From Verrucomicrobiota bacterium (GTDB lineage Bacteria; Verrucomicrobiota; Verrucomicrobiia; Opitutales; Seribacteraceae), in assembly GCA_027622665.1 (NCBI GenBank), contig JAQBYT010000008.1, forward strand, positions 1 to 64,000: 64,000 bases of DNA. Reading direction: 5' to 3'. A program made the position numbers and the translations under genes. Below the pieces are notes generated by a model that worked only from the letters and a program-made list of their open reading frames with translations, ran no database searches and was not told the origin of the DNA. This document shows positions 56,035 to 64,000 of this stretch, piece by piece. The stretch's first letter is position 1. Each line of letters starts with the position of its first letter.

Positions 56035-56913
56035 ATGCTGAAAAATATCACCGACTCGGTTTTCTCCTTTGACGTGGAGTGGATTCCTGACCCAAAGGCG
56101 GGCGAAATCCTTTATGATGCCGCTCCCGCCGATGGTCCCGGGGAGGATGCCAGAGCGGCCTGCGAGACCCTTTGGGCCGCAGCCAGAGAGAGAGCGGGCA
56201 GTAAGGATCCGAACTTACAACCGTACTTGAAGACCATTCTATGCCGGATCGTGTCCTTGGCCGGAATTCTTCGAGAAAGCCCGCCGGGGGGAGAACCCAC
56301 CCTGAAACTGGTTTCCCTGCCTGCGGATTGCTCGGATGCGAGCAAGGTGGAGGAGAAATCCATTCTCATTGCCTTTATGAAGTCCGTAGGTCGAAGAAAG
56401 CCACAACTTGTCGGCTATAACTCGGCCCAAGCAGATGTTCCGATCATCGTTCAACGCGCCATTGTAAACGGCTTGCCCGGATTCGGCTTTTCGGATCGGC
56501 CGAGCAAACCATGGGAGGGCGTGGACTACTTTGATGCAAGAAACAGTACTTACAGCGTCGATCTGGCTGATTCTCTCGGGCAGTATCGTGATCGTCCCTC
56601 ACTGCATCAAGCTGCGACTCTCAGTGGGATTCCGGGTAAAATTGACGTCAGTGGAGGATCCGTTGCCGACATGTGGCTGGAGGGACGTTTGCCGGAAATC
56701 GTCGAGTATAACGAATTCGACGCCTTCACCACCCACTTGCTTTGGGCTAGGGTGGCTCACTTCTCGGGACTGCTTTCAAGCGATGCTTATGTTCGCGAGC
56801 AAAACCTTGTTCGTGAGCTTCTTGAGGAGGAAATCGCCGGAGGCAAAGCCCATCTGGAGCGATTCGTAGGCGACTGGGATCGCCTCTTGGCAATCACGGG
56901 GCAAAGCTACTAA
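56035..56913 (+). CDS. Stand-alone DEDD 3'-5' exonuclease (PolB exonuclease-like)
   Basis: FDVEWIPD, LVGYNS..DVP, DL.D.L, GIPGK, I.EYNEFD. Confidence 0.8.
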   Translation: MLKNITDSVFSFDVEWIPDPKAGEILYDAAPADGPGEDARAACETLWAAARERAGSKDPNLQPYLKTILCRIVSLAGILRESPPGGEPTLKLVSLPADCSDASKVEEKSILIAFMKSVGRRKPQLVGYNSAQADVPIIVQRAIVNGLPGFGFSDRPSKPWEGVDYFDARNSTYSVDLADSLGQYRDRPSLHQAATLSGIPGKIDVSGGSVADMWLEGRLPEIVEYNEFDAFTTHLLWARVAHFSGLLSSDAYVREQNLVRELLEEEIAGGKAHLERFVGDWDRLLAITGQSY

Positions 56914-57013
56914 GGTGGATCTCAAGCTATTTTAGGTTTGTAGCTTCCGGGGAATTCCGGCGCAAAGGCTTATCTAATTCTTTAACCTGACAACTATTCG
57001 TAGTTTTGAATAA

Positions 57014-58015
57014 ATGATCGATTCAGCAACTGCCGAGACCGCACTTAAACGCCTGAAGGAAACGCACCAACGCCTCCTTGATGAGATTCACAAGGTGATC
57101 GTTGGGCAAGACGGTGTCATCGAGCAGCTCCTGGTAAGCCTTTTGGCACGCGGTCACTGCCTCTTGACGGGTATCCCAGGACTGGGGAAGACGTTACTGG
57201 TCAAGACCGTGGCCAATGCCTTGGATCTTTCCTTCAAGCGAATTCAGTTCACGCCCGACTTGATGCCCGCCGACGTCGTGGGGTCGGAGATCATGGACGA
57301 GGATCCCGAAACCGGAAAAAAAGCCTTTCGTTTTTCTCTGGGGCCCATTTTCGCCAACGTGGTGCTGGCCGACGAAATAAACCGTACCCCTCCCAAGACC
57401 CAGGCATCCTTGCTCGAGGCTATGGAAGAGAGGCAAGTCACGGTGTCAGGTACGACTAGGCCTCTGGAGCAGCCTTTCTTCGTTCTGGCTACGCAAAATC
57501 CAATTGAACTCGAAGGTACCTATCCCTTGCCGGAAGCCCAGCTTGATCGTTTCCTTCTCAATCCGGTTATCGATTACCTGCCGATCGATGAAGAAATTCG
57601 CATGGTTTCTGACACGACGGGCACACCGAAAGAAGGCGCTGAAGTCATTCTCAACGGGGACGACATCCAAATCTTGCAAGCCCTCACTCGTGAATTGCCG
57701 GCATCTAAGAACGTTGTTTCCTACGCCGTACGCCTAGCCGCTGCATCACGTCCGACTTTGGCGGACACGGACGAATGGGTGAAGAAGCGCGTGAAGTGGG
57801 GAGCGGGTTCCCGTGGTTCGCAAGCCTTGATCCTTGCGGGGAAGGCACGAGCACTGCTCGCGGAACGACCCAACGTATCTTGCGAAGACGTACGAGTAAT
57901 GGCGAAACCGGCGCTCCGGCACCGAGTCTTGACCAGCTTTCTAGCTGAATCCGAAGGCATCAGTTCAGACGACGTCATCGATCGTTTGCTCGAACAAGTT
58001 CCCGAATCCGTCTAG
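57014..58015 (+). CDS. MoxR-family AAA+ ATPase
   Basis: GIPGLGKT, RIQFTPDLMPAD, LADEINRTPPKTQ, ATQNPIE.EGTYPLPEAQLDRF. Confidence 0.95.
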   Translation: MIDSATAETALKRLKETHQRLLDEIHKVIVGQDGVIEQLLVSLLARGHCLLTGIPGLGKTLLVKTVANALDLSFKRIQFTPDLMPADVVGSEIMDEDPETGKKAFRFSLGPIFANVVLADEINRTPPKTQASLLEAMEERQVTVSGTTRPLEQPFFVLATQNPIELEGTYPLPEAQLDRFLLNPVIDYLPIDEEIRMVSDTTGTPKEGAEVILNGDDIQILQALTRELPASKNVVSYAVRLAAASRPTLADTDEWVKKRVKWGAGSRGSQALILAGKARALLAERPNVSCEDVRVMAKPALRHRVLTSFLAESEGISSDDVIDRLLEQVPESV

Positions 58016-58020
58016 CCCGG

Positions 58021-58920
58021 ATGCCCGTCGAGACGGAACTGCTGGACCCCGTCCATCTGGCGTCCATCGAGGATTACTCCTTGCTTACCCGTATCGTGGT
58101 GGACGGAGCCTTGCCGGGCATCCACCGCAGCCAACGGCACGGTCGCGGCAGCGAATTCTTTCAGTATCGCGAATACGCATCCGGAGACGACTTGAAACTG
58201 GTTGATTGGAAGGTCTACGCCAAACGCGGTGAGCTTGTTTCCAAAAGCTTTCAAGAGGACACCAACCTAACTTGTTATCTCGTGCTTGATACAAGTGCAT
58301 CGATGGGGTACCAAGGCTCGAGGTCTTCCTGCAGTAAACTTCGCTACGCCTGCATGTTGGCCGCTTGCTTTGCCTACATCGCCAACAGGCAAGGGGATCG
58401 CGTGGGCCTTTTCGCTTATTCCGATGAGGCGAAAGCATGGATTCAACCCAGAAGCGGCCGCGGACACCTCAATCGAATTTTCACCGCGCTCGCGGGCCTT
58501 GAAGCGGAAGGCGCAAACGATCACCGAAGCAGTTGGAATACCCTTTCCACAGGCCTGCCGGGAAAGAGCCTCGTTGTCTTTTTGTCTGATTTTCTGGAAG
58601 CGGAAGAGGAATTACCCGAGCATTTGCGATTCGCCACTTCCGCCCGTTATGAATGTCTTTGTCTGCAAACCCTCGATCCCGATGAGCTCGACCTTCCTGA
58701 TTCTGAGGCTCTTCGATTTTCCGAGATGGAGGGGACGCATGAAATCTCTACCTCTCCGCCAGCCATACGAGAGGATTATAAGGCTGGCATGAACGACTTT
58801 CTCGATCGCCTGAAAGACAATCTCGCCTTAGTCAACGTGGAGTTCGAAAGCCTCACGACGGATGCGCATCTCGGACACGCCCTCCATCGTTTCCTCGGCA
58901 TGCGCTACGGATCACTTTGA
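58021..58920 (+). CDS. DUF58 domain protein
   Basis: G.HRS...G.G.EF..YREY..GDD...VDWK, LDTSASM, GDRVGL, LSDF. Confidence 0.92.
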   Translation: MPVETELLDPVHLASIEDYSLLTRIVVDGALPGIHRSQRHGRGSEFFQYREYASGDDLKLVDWKVYAKRGELVSKSFQEDTNLTCYLVLDTSASMGYQGSRSSCSKLRYACMLAACFAYIANRQGDRVGLFAYSDEAKAWIQPRSGRGHLNRIFTALAGLEAEGANDHRSSWNTLSTGLPGKSLVVFLSDFLEAEEELPEHLRFATSARYECLCLQTLDPDELDLPDSEALRFSEMEGTHEISTSPPAIREDYKAGMNDFLDRLKDNLALVNVEFESLTTDAHLGHALHRFLGMRYGSL

Positions 58921-58998
58921 GCGCAAAGAGGTTGGCATGAAGGCAAAATACGAGCTCGACCACGCTTACCATTTGAAGGTGCTTAACCTTTTTCTCAT

Positions 58999-61002
58999 AT
59001 GCTGACCTTCGTGCAACCAATGGCTCTTTGGGCTTTTGCTGCCTTGGCCTTGCCCGTCATTGCTCACATGGCGTATAGGCAGGTCACGAATCGATACCTC
59101 TTTCCCTCCCTCCGTTTCATAAAGCCTGCTCGCATTCCCAGAACAGGTCGCAAAATACCTACCGATTGGCTGCTGTTACTCGCTAGGATCATGCTTTTTG
59201 CCGTATTGGCCTGCCTCTTTGCCGATCCCTACTGGAAAGAACCCTCTCCACCCGAGGCCACCAAAGTAGGGCGTGAAACAGTAATCGCTCTGGACCTGTC
59301 TCCGAGCATGTCTGGTTGGGCCGGCCTATCCGAGGCAAAGAAAAGGATCGATGGACTTCTCGAGAAAATCGAGGGGCAGGTAGGTTACGTCGGTTTCGGT
59401 TCCGGCGTATTGGCGGAAATCGCCCCGACCGATGAGGTCGGCCTTGTGCGAAGTGCCATTGCACAGGCCACCACCGGCTACGGGAGTGGCAACCCGCAGA
59501 CAGGCATTGATCGAGCGGCAAAACTCTTTTCTTCCGGGGCGAAGGAACGAAATTTGGTTGTATTATCCGACTTTCAACGTTCGGACTGGCAGGCCACCTA
59601 CCGTCGTCTCGACGAGGAAGGGATCACCGTAGATCTCCGCCCGGTCGGTCATTCCCGAAAGGTGGGGGGGAAACGCGAGGGCAACCTGTCGCTCGCCGAG
59701 GCCAAGGCTGCTCCCGCCGGTCCCGGCAAAGTGAGAGCATGGGCCGTGGTTCGCAATTCTTCCAATGAACCGGTTGAAACCACTATTTCAATCGAAGCCG
59801 GCGGTGAAATTCGTGAAGAAAAGCCCATCATGGTTCCTGCGAATGGGGCAACCCAAGCGCAATTCATTCTACCCGAAGGAGATTTCGCCTCGGCCATCCT
59901 TAAACTAATGGATGAAGATGAGCTAGCCGTGGACAACGTACGCCATCTTTGGCTGAAAGCTCCTCCGCCCAGGAGATTCGGATTTTGGAGTTCGACGAAC
60001 GAGACCGAAGAAACTATCGAGGAACGTGAATTCCTTAAAGTGGCCATCGAGAGCGCGGGAGACAATGGGTGGAACCGCTGGCTTTCCGTCCAAGAAAATG
60101 CCGATGGCCTCCGAATTGGTGACCTGACGAGCGAACTGGACTTACTCATCGTCACCGGAATCGGATCATGGTTTGCCGAGGAAAAGCTTGAGGAAACAAT
60201 GAAGACCTACCTCAAAGGTGGCGGCTTTGTCATCGTGACCCCTTCGGAGCCTTTTGCCGCTTCTGTTTCGACATTACGTAATTCCGATCTTCTCGACCTC
60301 GGTTTCGTTCGGGTGGTAGGTGGCGCCGGCGCCACTCGCGAACCGTTCCGGATTTCGGCCTTAGAACCTGGTTCCCACCTTGCCAAAACCTTTTCTGGGA
60401 AAGCCGCTCGCGACCTTTATTTGACTGGTATTTACAGGTACGGTCTCGTCCGACCTGCGGAGGCTGAGGGAGTATCCACGCCACTTCAATCCACGGAAGG
60501 CAACCCCTTTGTTGTTCAGCGCATTTTCCCCGAGGGCGGGAAACTGACCTTCTTCCCTTATCGCCTAAACGCAAGGTGGACGGACCTTCCCATGAGAAAT
60601 AGTTTTCTTCCGCTTATCATGGAGCTCGTTCGTGGTTCAAAGGGTGTGATCGACCGATCTTGGCCGCGCTTGGAATCCGGTGAAACCTTGGTGGACGGCG
60701 AGGAGACTTTTCGAGCTGAAAAGCCGGGGACTTTTCGTTTTCGGGATCGCTTTGTGGAAGTGGCTCTCGCCCCCTCCGAAAGCATTGCCGAGGTCATTGA
60801 ACCGGCGGAAACCAGAGAAAGCCTTGGAGCCGGATCCATCCTAGGCAAGGTGAACACCTCCGGCGAAGACCTCGACGAAGAAGAGAGCAAGTCCCTGTGG
60901 TTGTGGTTTGCAATAGCGGCGGTGATTCTTTTTATTACTGAAAACCTTTGGTCTAGGCCACGCAGGACAACAGTACTTGAAAAGGAAACGGTAAATGCCT
61001 GA
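58999..61002 (+). CDS. BatA N-terminal plus VWA domain membrane protein
   Basis: LPVIAH...FPSLRF...LLLLAR BatA motif; MIDAS DLSPSM and LSDFQ; C-terminal TM LWLWF. Confidence 0.85.
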   Translation: MLTFVQPMALWAFAALALPVIAHMAYRQVTNRYLFPSLRFIKPARIPRTGRKIPTDWLLLLARIMLFAVLACLFADPYWKEPSPPEATKVGRETVIALDLSPSMSGWAGLSEAKKRIDGLLEKIEGQVGYVGFGSGVLAEIAPTDEVGLVRSAIAQATTGYGSGNPQTGIDRAAKLFSSGAKERNLVVLSDFQRSDWQATYRRLDEEGITVDLRPVGHSRKVGGKREGNLSLAEAKAAPAGPGKVRAWAVVRNSSNEPVETTISIEAGGEIREEKPIMVPANGATQAQFILPEGDFASAILKLMDEDELAVDNVRHLWLKAPPPRRFGFWSSTNETEETIEEREFLKVAIESAGDNGWNRWLSVQENADGLRIGDLTSELDLLIVTGIGSWFAEEKLEETMKTYLKGGGFVIVTPSEPFAASVSTLRNSDLLDLGFVRVVGGAGATREPFRISALEPGSHLAKTFSGKAARDLYLTGIYRYGLVRPAEAEGVSTPLQSTEGNPFVVQRIFPEGGKLTFFPYRLNARWTDLPMRNSFLPLIMELVRGSKGVIDRSWPRLESGETLVDGEETFRAEKPGTFRFRDRFVEVALAPSESIAEVIEPAETRESLGAGSILGKVNTSGEDLDEEESKSLWLWFAIAAVILFITENLWSRPRRTTVLEKETVNA

Positions 61003-64000
61003 ATTTCTTAACATCCTTCGCAGGGAAGCCCGACTAGTGGCTTTCTCCAGAATGGCCGTGGCCTTGGCCGCGGCATTCGTGACGTGGCCGGGGTTGGCTC
61101 TTTTGCTCGATGCTTACGATGCGGCTTTTCCTATTCTTGAATCCCAAGCGGTCAAATACGTCTTCGTTGCCCTTGGGGTAACTGCTTTAGTTTTTCTACT
61201 TCTGGCATGGCGGGCTTGGGCTGCTCGGCCAAATCCTGAGCAGGTAGCGATCGAAGTGGAGAAGGGTAACCCTCAACTGATGGATCTCCTCAACTGCGCC
61301 GTAGACCTTCACGACCGTGAGCGTGAAGAGTATACCTTCATGGAGCGGCGGGTCTTGGAGAAGGCGGAGCAACGGGCGGAAACGATATCTTGGGAACGCG
61401 GAGCCCGTCCGGGTGGTCGTTTTTGGAGCGCAGTGGTGGCAGGTTTGCTGGCGGGCAGCCTTCTTACGGCATGGAGCTTTGAGCGAAGCCCCCTGCAAAA
61501 GACCTTCGACTCTTTGCTGGATGAACCGGGACTTTCGGTCTTCACCACGAAAACGGGCGAGACCAGAGCCAAGGAACATCCTGCTTCCTACGAGTTTTCT
61601 CGTGGTACCGACATCTCCGTGTTTGCCGACGTAACCCGGGGGCATAGGGGCAAAAAGAACGCATTCATCGAGTTCGAGGAGAACGGCAAGGTCGAGCGGC
61701 TTGAAATGCTCGAGACTACCACTCTTGGCCGGTTCGAATACGTCGTTCCGGGTTTGGCGGAACCTTTTGTTTACAGGATAGTTACCCTCTCGATTGAGGG
61801 AAATTGGCAAAAGCTCAATCCGTACGACCCTCCCGTATTGGAAGAGGCTCGCTGGGACATTATTCCTCCCTCCTACTCGGGGTTGGTTGCTTTCGAGCAA
61901 GTCGGATTCGGTCATCGGCGAGTACCCGAGGGCAGTCGCATCGAATTGTCCTTGCAGGTTGCCGCCACCCCGCCGCACGTTGTCGCTCACATTCTCTCGG
62001 AAGCCAATTCCAGCAATGAGTTAGCTCGCAATGACGAAGGTTTTTTCGAACTCAACCGAGTGCTCCGCAAGGATTGGTCCGGACGTCTTGCCTTGAAGGA
62101 TTCCGATTTCCCTCAGCGTGATGCCGTGGAATATGAAGAATTCGTCTTCTCCGTTATTCCCGACAAACCTCCCGTAGTAGAGATCACCGAGCCTGCCAAG
62201 GATCTTGAAGTTCCCTCCGACGGCCAGTTGCTCTTGGAGATTTTTGCCGCCGACGATTACGGAGTCGCCAAAGCCGAGGTCATTGTTTCCCACGGTGGAA
62301 AAAAAGAAGCGGTCAACGTCTTTCCGGATCCCGTGGAGAGGGAAAAGACCTTGTCTCACATTATTGACCTGAGCGAATTGAGCTTGGCTGTCGGCGACGT
62401 GGTTTCCTATCACGCCATCGTTACCGACAACAAAGAGCCGGAGGGGCAACAAGCACGGTCCGAAATTTACTTTATCGAGATTTTGCCTCCCGAAGGTGAG
62501 GAAATCGAAGGCGATGGCGGAGACATGGCGGCCGAGCAAAAGGAAATCCCCATTCGCGACTTCATTAACCAAACCAAGCAAATCATTCGTTCCACTTACG
62601 ATGCCCTAGGCGAGGAAGGGGAAGAACGGGACCGACGAGCCATTGCCATTTCCGCAGATGCGCTCGGGCTCAAGCATGGCATGACAAAGGTTTATGACGA
62701 AAACGATGGGGAATTCCCTTCTGTCGACGGCATCGACTTAGGAGAACTCCTGAACGAGGCTACCTTTCACATCGAGCAGACGGAAATCTTCGCAGGAGAC
62801 AACGAACTGGAGAAATCGCTCGAGCCTTCCGAGGAAACTCTTCGCAAACTCGTCTTGATGTACGCGCTCATTCGCAAGGAACAAAAGATGAAGAGCAAAG
62901 GGAAAGGCAAAAAAGGTGACAAACAAGAGGAAACCGCGGAGAAGCAGGAACCCTCTGAAGAACAAGGTGAACCATCCGATCCTGCAGAGGAGTTGAAAAA
63001 GTTGGGCGAAGCCCTCGAACAGGCGCGAGACCTCCAGGAACGTCAAAACGAATTGAATTCGAAAATCGGGAGAGCTTCCCGCAATGGACGAAAAGGCGAA
63101 CCGAATCGTGAACTGGCCAAGGAACAAGATGAAATACAAGAAGACACCGAAGGATTGCGTGACGACGTCTACGGGAAGTCGGGTCGTATCGGCGACGTTC
63201 GTTCCTTCGACCGAGCCGGTGAGGAAATGCAGGACTCCAAAGGTGAGCTTTCCAAAGACGATCCCCAGAAAGCCAAACCACATGGCGACTTGGCTGCCGA
63301 GGCATTGAGCGATGCGATCAGTGAGATCGAAGGCAAAATGTCCGCCATCGCCGCAGATATGCTGGGCCAACTCGAAAGCCAAGGAAAGGGCTTGGCCAAA
63401 CGCCAACGTGAAAACGCTGAAAAGACAGAAGGTGCCGGAGCCGGAAGCGGCGAACCCCTTAAAGGCGAGCAGGACGGAATCAACGAGGAAGCAAAAGATT
63501 TGTTGTCGAAGATCGAGCAAGCGGGCATGGCCCTGCGCGACCTCAGCGAAAACGCTACCGAAGATCTTTTCCGCTCCGCTCGCGAGGCTCGCGGCAAGGG
63601 CATCGAAAAATCCGGAAAAAGAGCCTCCAACGCCTTGCTTTACGAAGCTTTCCCACAAGCCAAGCGCGAGGAGGATAAGGTTGCCGGTGAACTAGAGGAT
63701 GTGGCCGAAGACCTTGCGGACGTTAAGAGAAAACTCCAAAATCAAGGCAACGCAGCTCTCGCCGAACTGGCGAAGAAACTTCGAGAAACCCAACAACAAC
63801 TACCCGGCATGGGAGATGAGCAACTCAAGGAACGGAGCGATGAACTCGCCAAGGCTATAGGTAATTTGCCCGGAGGTGAATCCGATGAACGCGTAAGAAA
63901 CCTCACTCAGTTTTTCGAGCAAGTCGCCATTGATGAAAACCCTAGCCAAGCTCGTTCCGCTGCTTCCGAAGCGGTAGCTCAAGCTTTGGAACTGGTCGAG
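60995..64000 (+). CDS. DUF4175-like large membrane-anchored coiled-coil protein; 3' end runs off the window
   Basis: Not in the ORF track. Spot-checked translation from ATG 60995 (MPEFLNILRRE...) gives TM helices, AIEVEKGNPQLMDLLNCA, VIPDKPPVV, ADDYGV, then an E/K/Q-rich coiled coil; the final codon at 63998-64000 is in the same frame. Confidence 0.8.
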   Translation, partial: MPEFLNILRREARLVAFSRMAVALAAAFVTWPGLALLLDAYDAAFPILESQAVKYVFVALGVTALVFLLLAWRAWAARPNPEQVAIEVEKGNPQLMDLLNCAVDLHDREREEYTFMERRVLEKAEQRAETISWERGARPGGRFWSAVVAGLLAGSLLTAWSFERSPLQKTFDSLLDEPGLSVFTTKTGETRAKEHPASYEFSRGTDISVFADVTRGHRGKKNAFIEFEENGKVERLEMLETTTLGRFEYVVPGLAEPFVYRIVTLSIEGNWQKLNPYDPPVLEEARWDIIPPSYSGLVAFEQVGFGHRRVPEGSRIELSLQVAATPPHVVAHILSEANSSNELARNDEGFFELNRVLRKDWSGRLALKDSDFPQRDAVEYEEFVFSVIPDKPPVVEITEPAKDLEVPSDGQLLLEIFAADDYGVAKAEVIVSHGGKKEAVNVFPDPVEREKTLSHIIDLSELSLAVGDVVSYHAIVTDNKEPEGQQARSEIYFIEILPPEGEEIEGDGGDMAAEQKEIPIRDFINQTKQIIRSTYDALGEEGEERDRRAIAISADALGLKHGMTKVYDENDGEFPSVDGIDLGELLNEATFHIEQTEIFAGDNELEKSLEPSEETLRKLVLMYALIRKEQKMKSKGKGKKGDKQEETAEKQEPSEEQGEPSDPAEELKKLGEALEQARDLQERQNELNSKIGRASRNGRKGEPNRELAKEQDEIQEDTEGLRDDVYGKSGRIGDVRSFDRAGEEMQDSKGELSKDDPQKAKPHGDLAAEALSDAISEIEGKMSAIAADMLGQLESQGKGLAKRQRENAEKTEGAGAGSGEPLKGEQDGINEEAKDLLSKIEQAGMALRDLSENATEDLFRSAREARGKGIEKSGKRASNALLYEAFPQAKREEDKVAGELEDVAEDLADVKRKLQNQGNAALAELAKKLRETQQQLPGMGDEQLKERSDELAKAIGNLPGGESDERVRNLTQFFEQVAIDENPSQARSAASEAVAQALELVE

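Noticed and set aside
61190..61240. Possible frameshift near the T-run in the last gene
   Set aside because: Careful codon counting from ATG 60995 keeps the frame open (VFLLLAWRAWAARPNPEQ).
62738..63658. 306-aa hydrophobic minus-strand ORF and neighbouring short ORFs
   Set aside because: Antisense shadows of the E/K/Q-rich DUF4175-like gene on the plus strand.

Overview
Gene-dense bacterial chromosomal window. The gene content (DUF1549/DUF1553 planctomycete-type cytochrome protein, DUF1501, DUF3500, DUF1080, sulfatase, MoxR-DUF58-BatA-DUF4175) suggests a PVC-superphylum organism, probably Verrucomicrobiota/Opitutae; this is an inference. Most genes are housekeeping or carbohydrate related: hpf, two RluA-family synthases, asd, an MlaEFD/PqiC-type MCE system, slyD, a sugar ABC transporter, amgK-murU, a pabB-pabA-pabC-folP-folB-folK operon and map. 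I saw no rRNA, tRNA, CRISPR array or transposase. Two features stand out. (1) At 1491-3586 an actin with MamK-type rather than MreB-type motifs lies directly behind a Glu/Pro-rich repetitive acidic protein. This echoes the mamJ-mamK arrangement, but no other magnetosome gene is present, so it is a candidate uncharacterised cytoskeletal positioning system. (2) At 42278-43208 there is an AT-rich two-cassette integron array with two canonical attC sites and no integrase in the window. It carries a HEPN-like gene and a small membrane-protein gene and sits immediately upstream of amgK. Further leads are a HAD phosphatase coupled to the head of the folate operon, a two-component locus with two pseudo-receivers, a possible ketoglycoside/sulfated-sugar locus and a 1210-aa multi-domain secreted protein. 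All family calls come from motif recognition by eye; no database searches were run.
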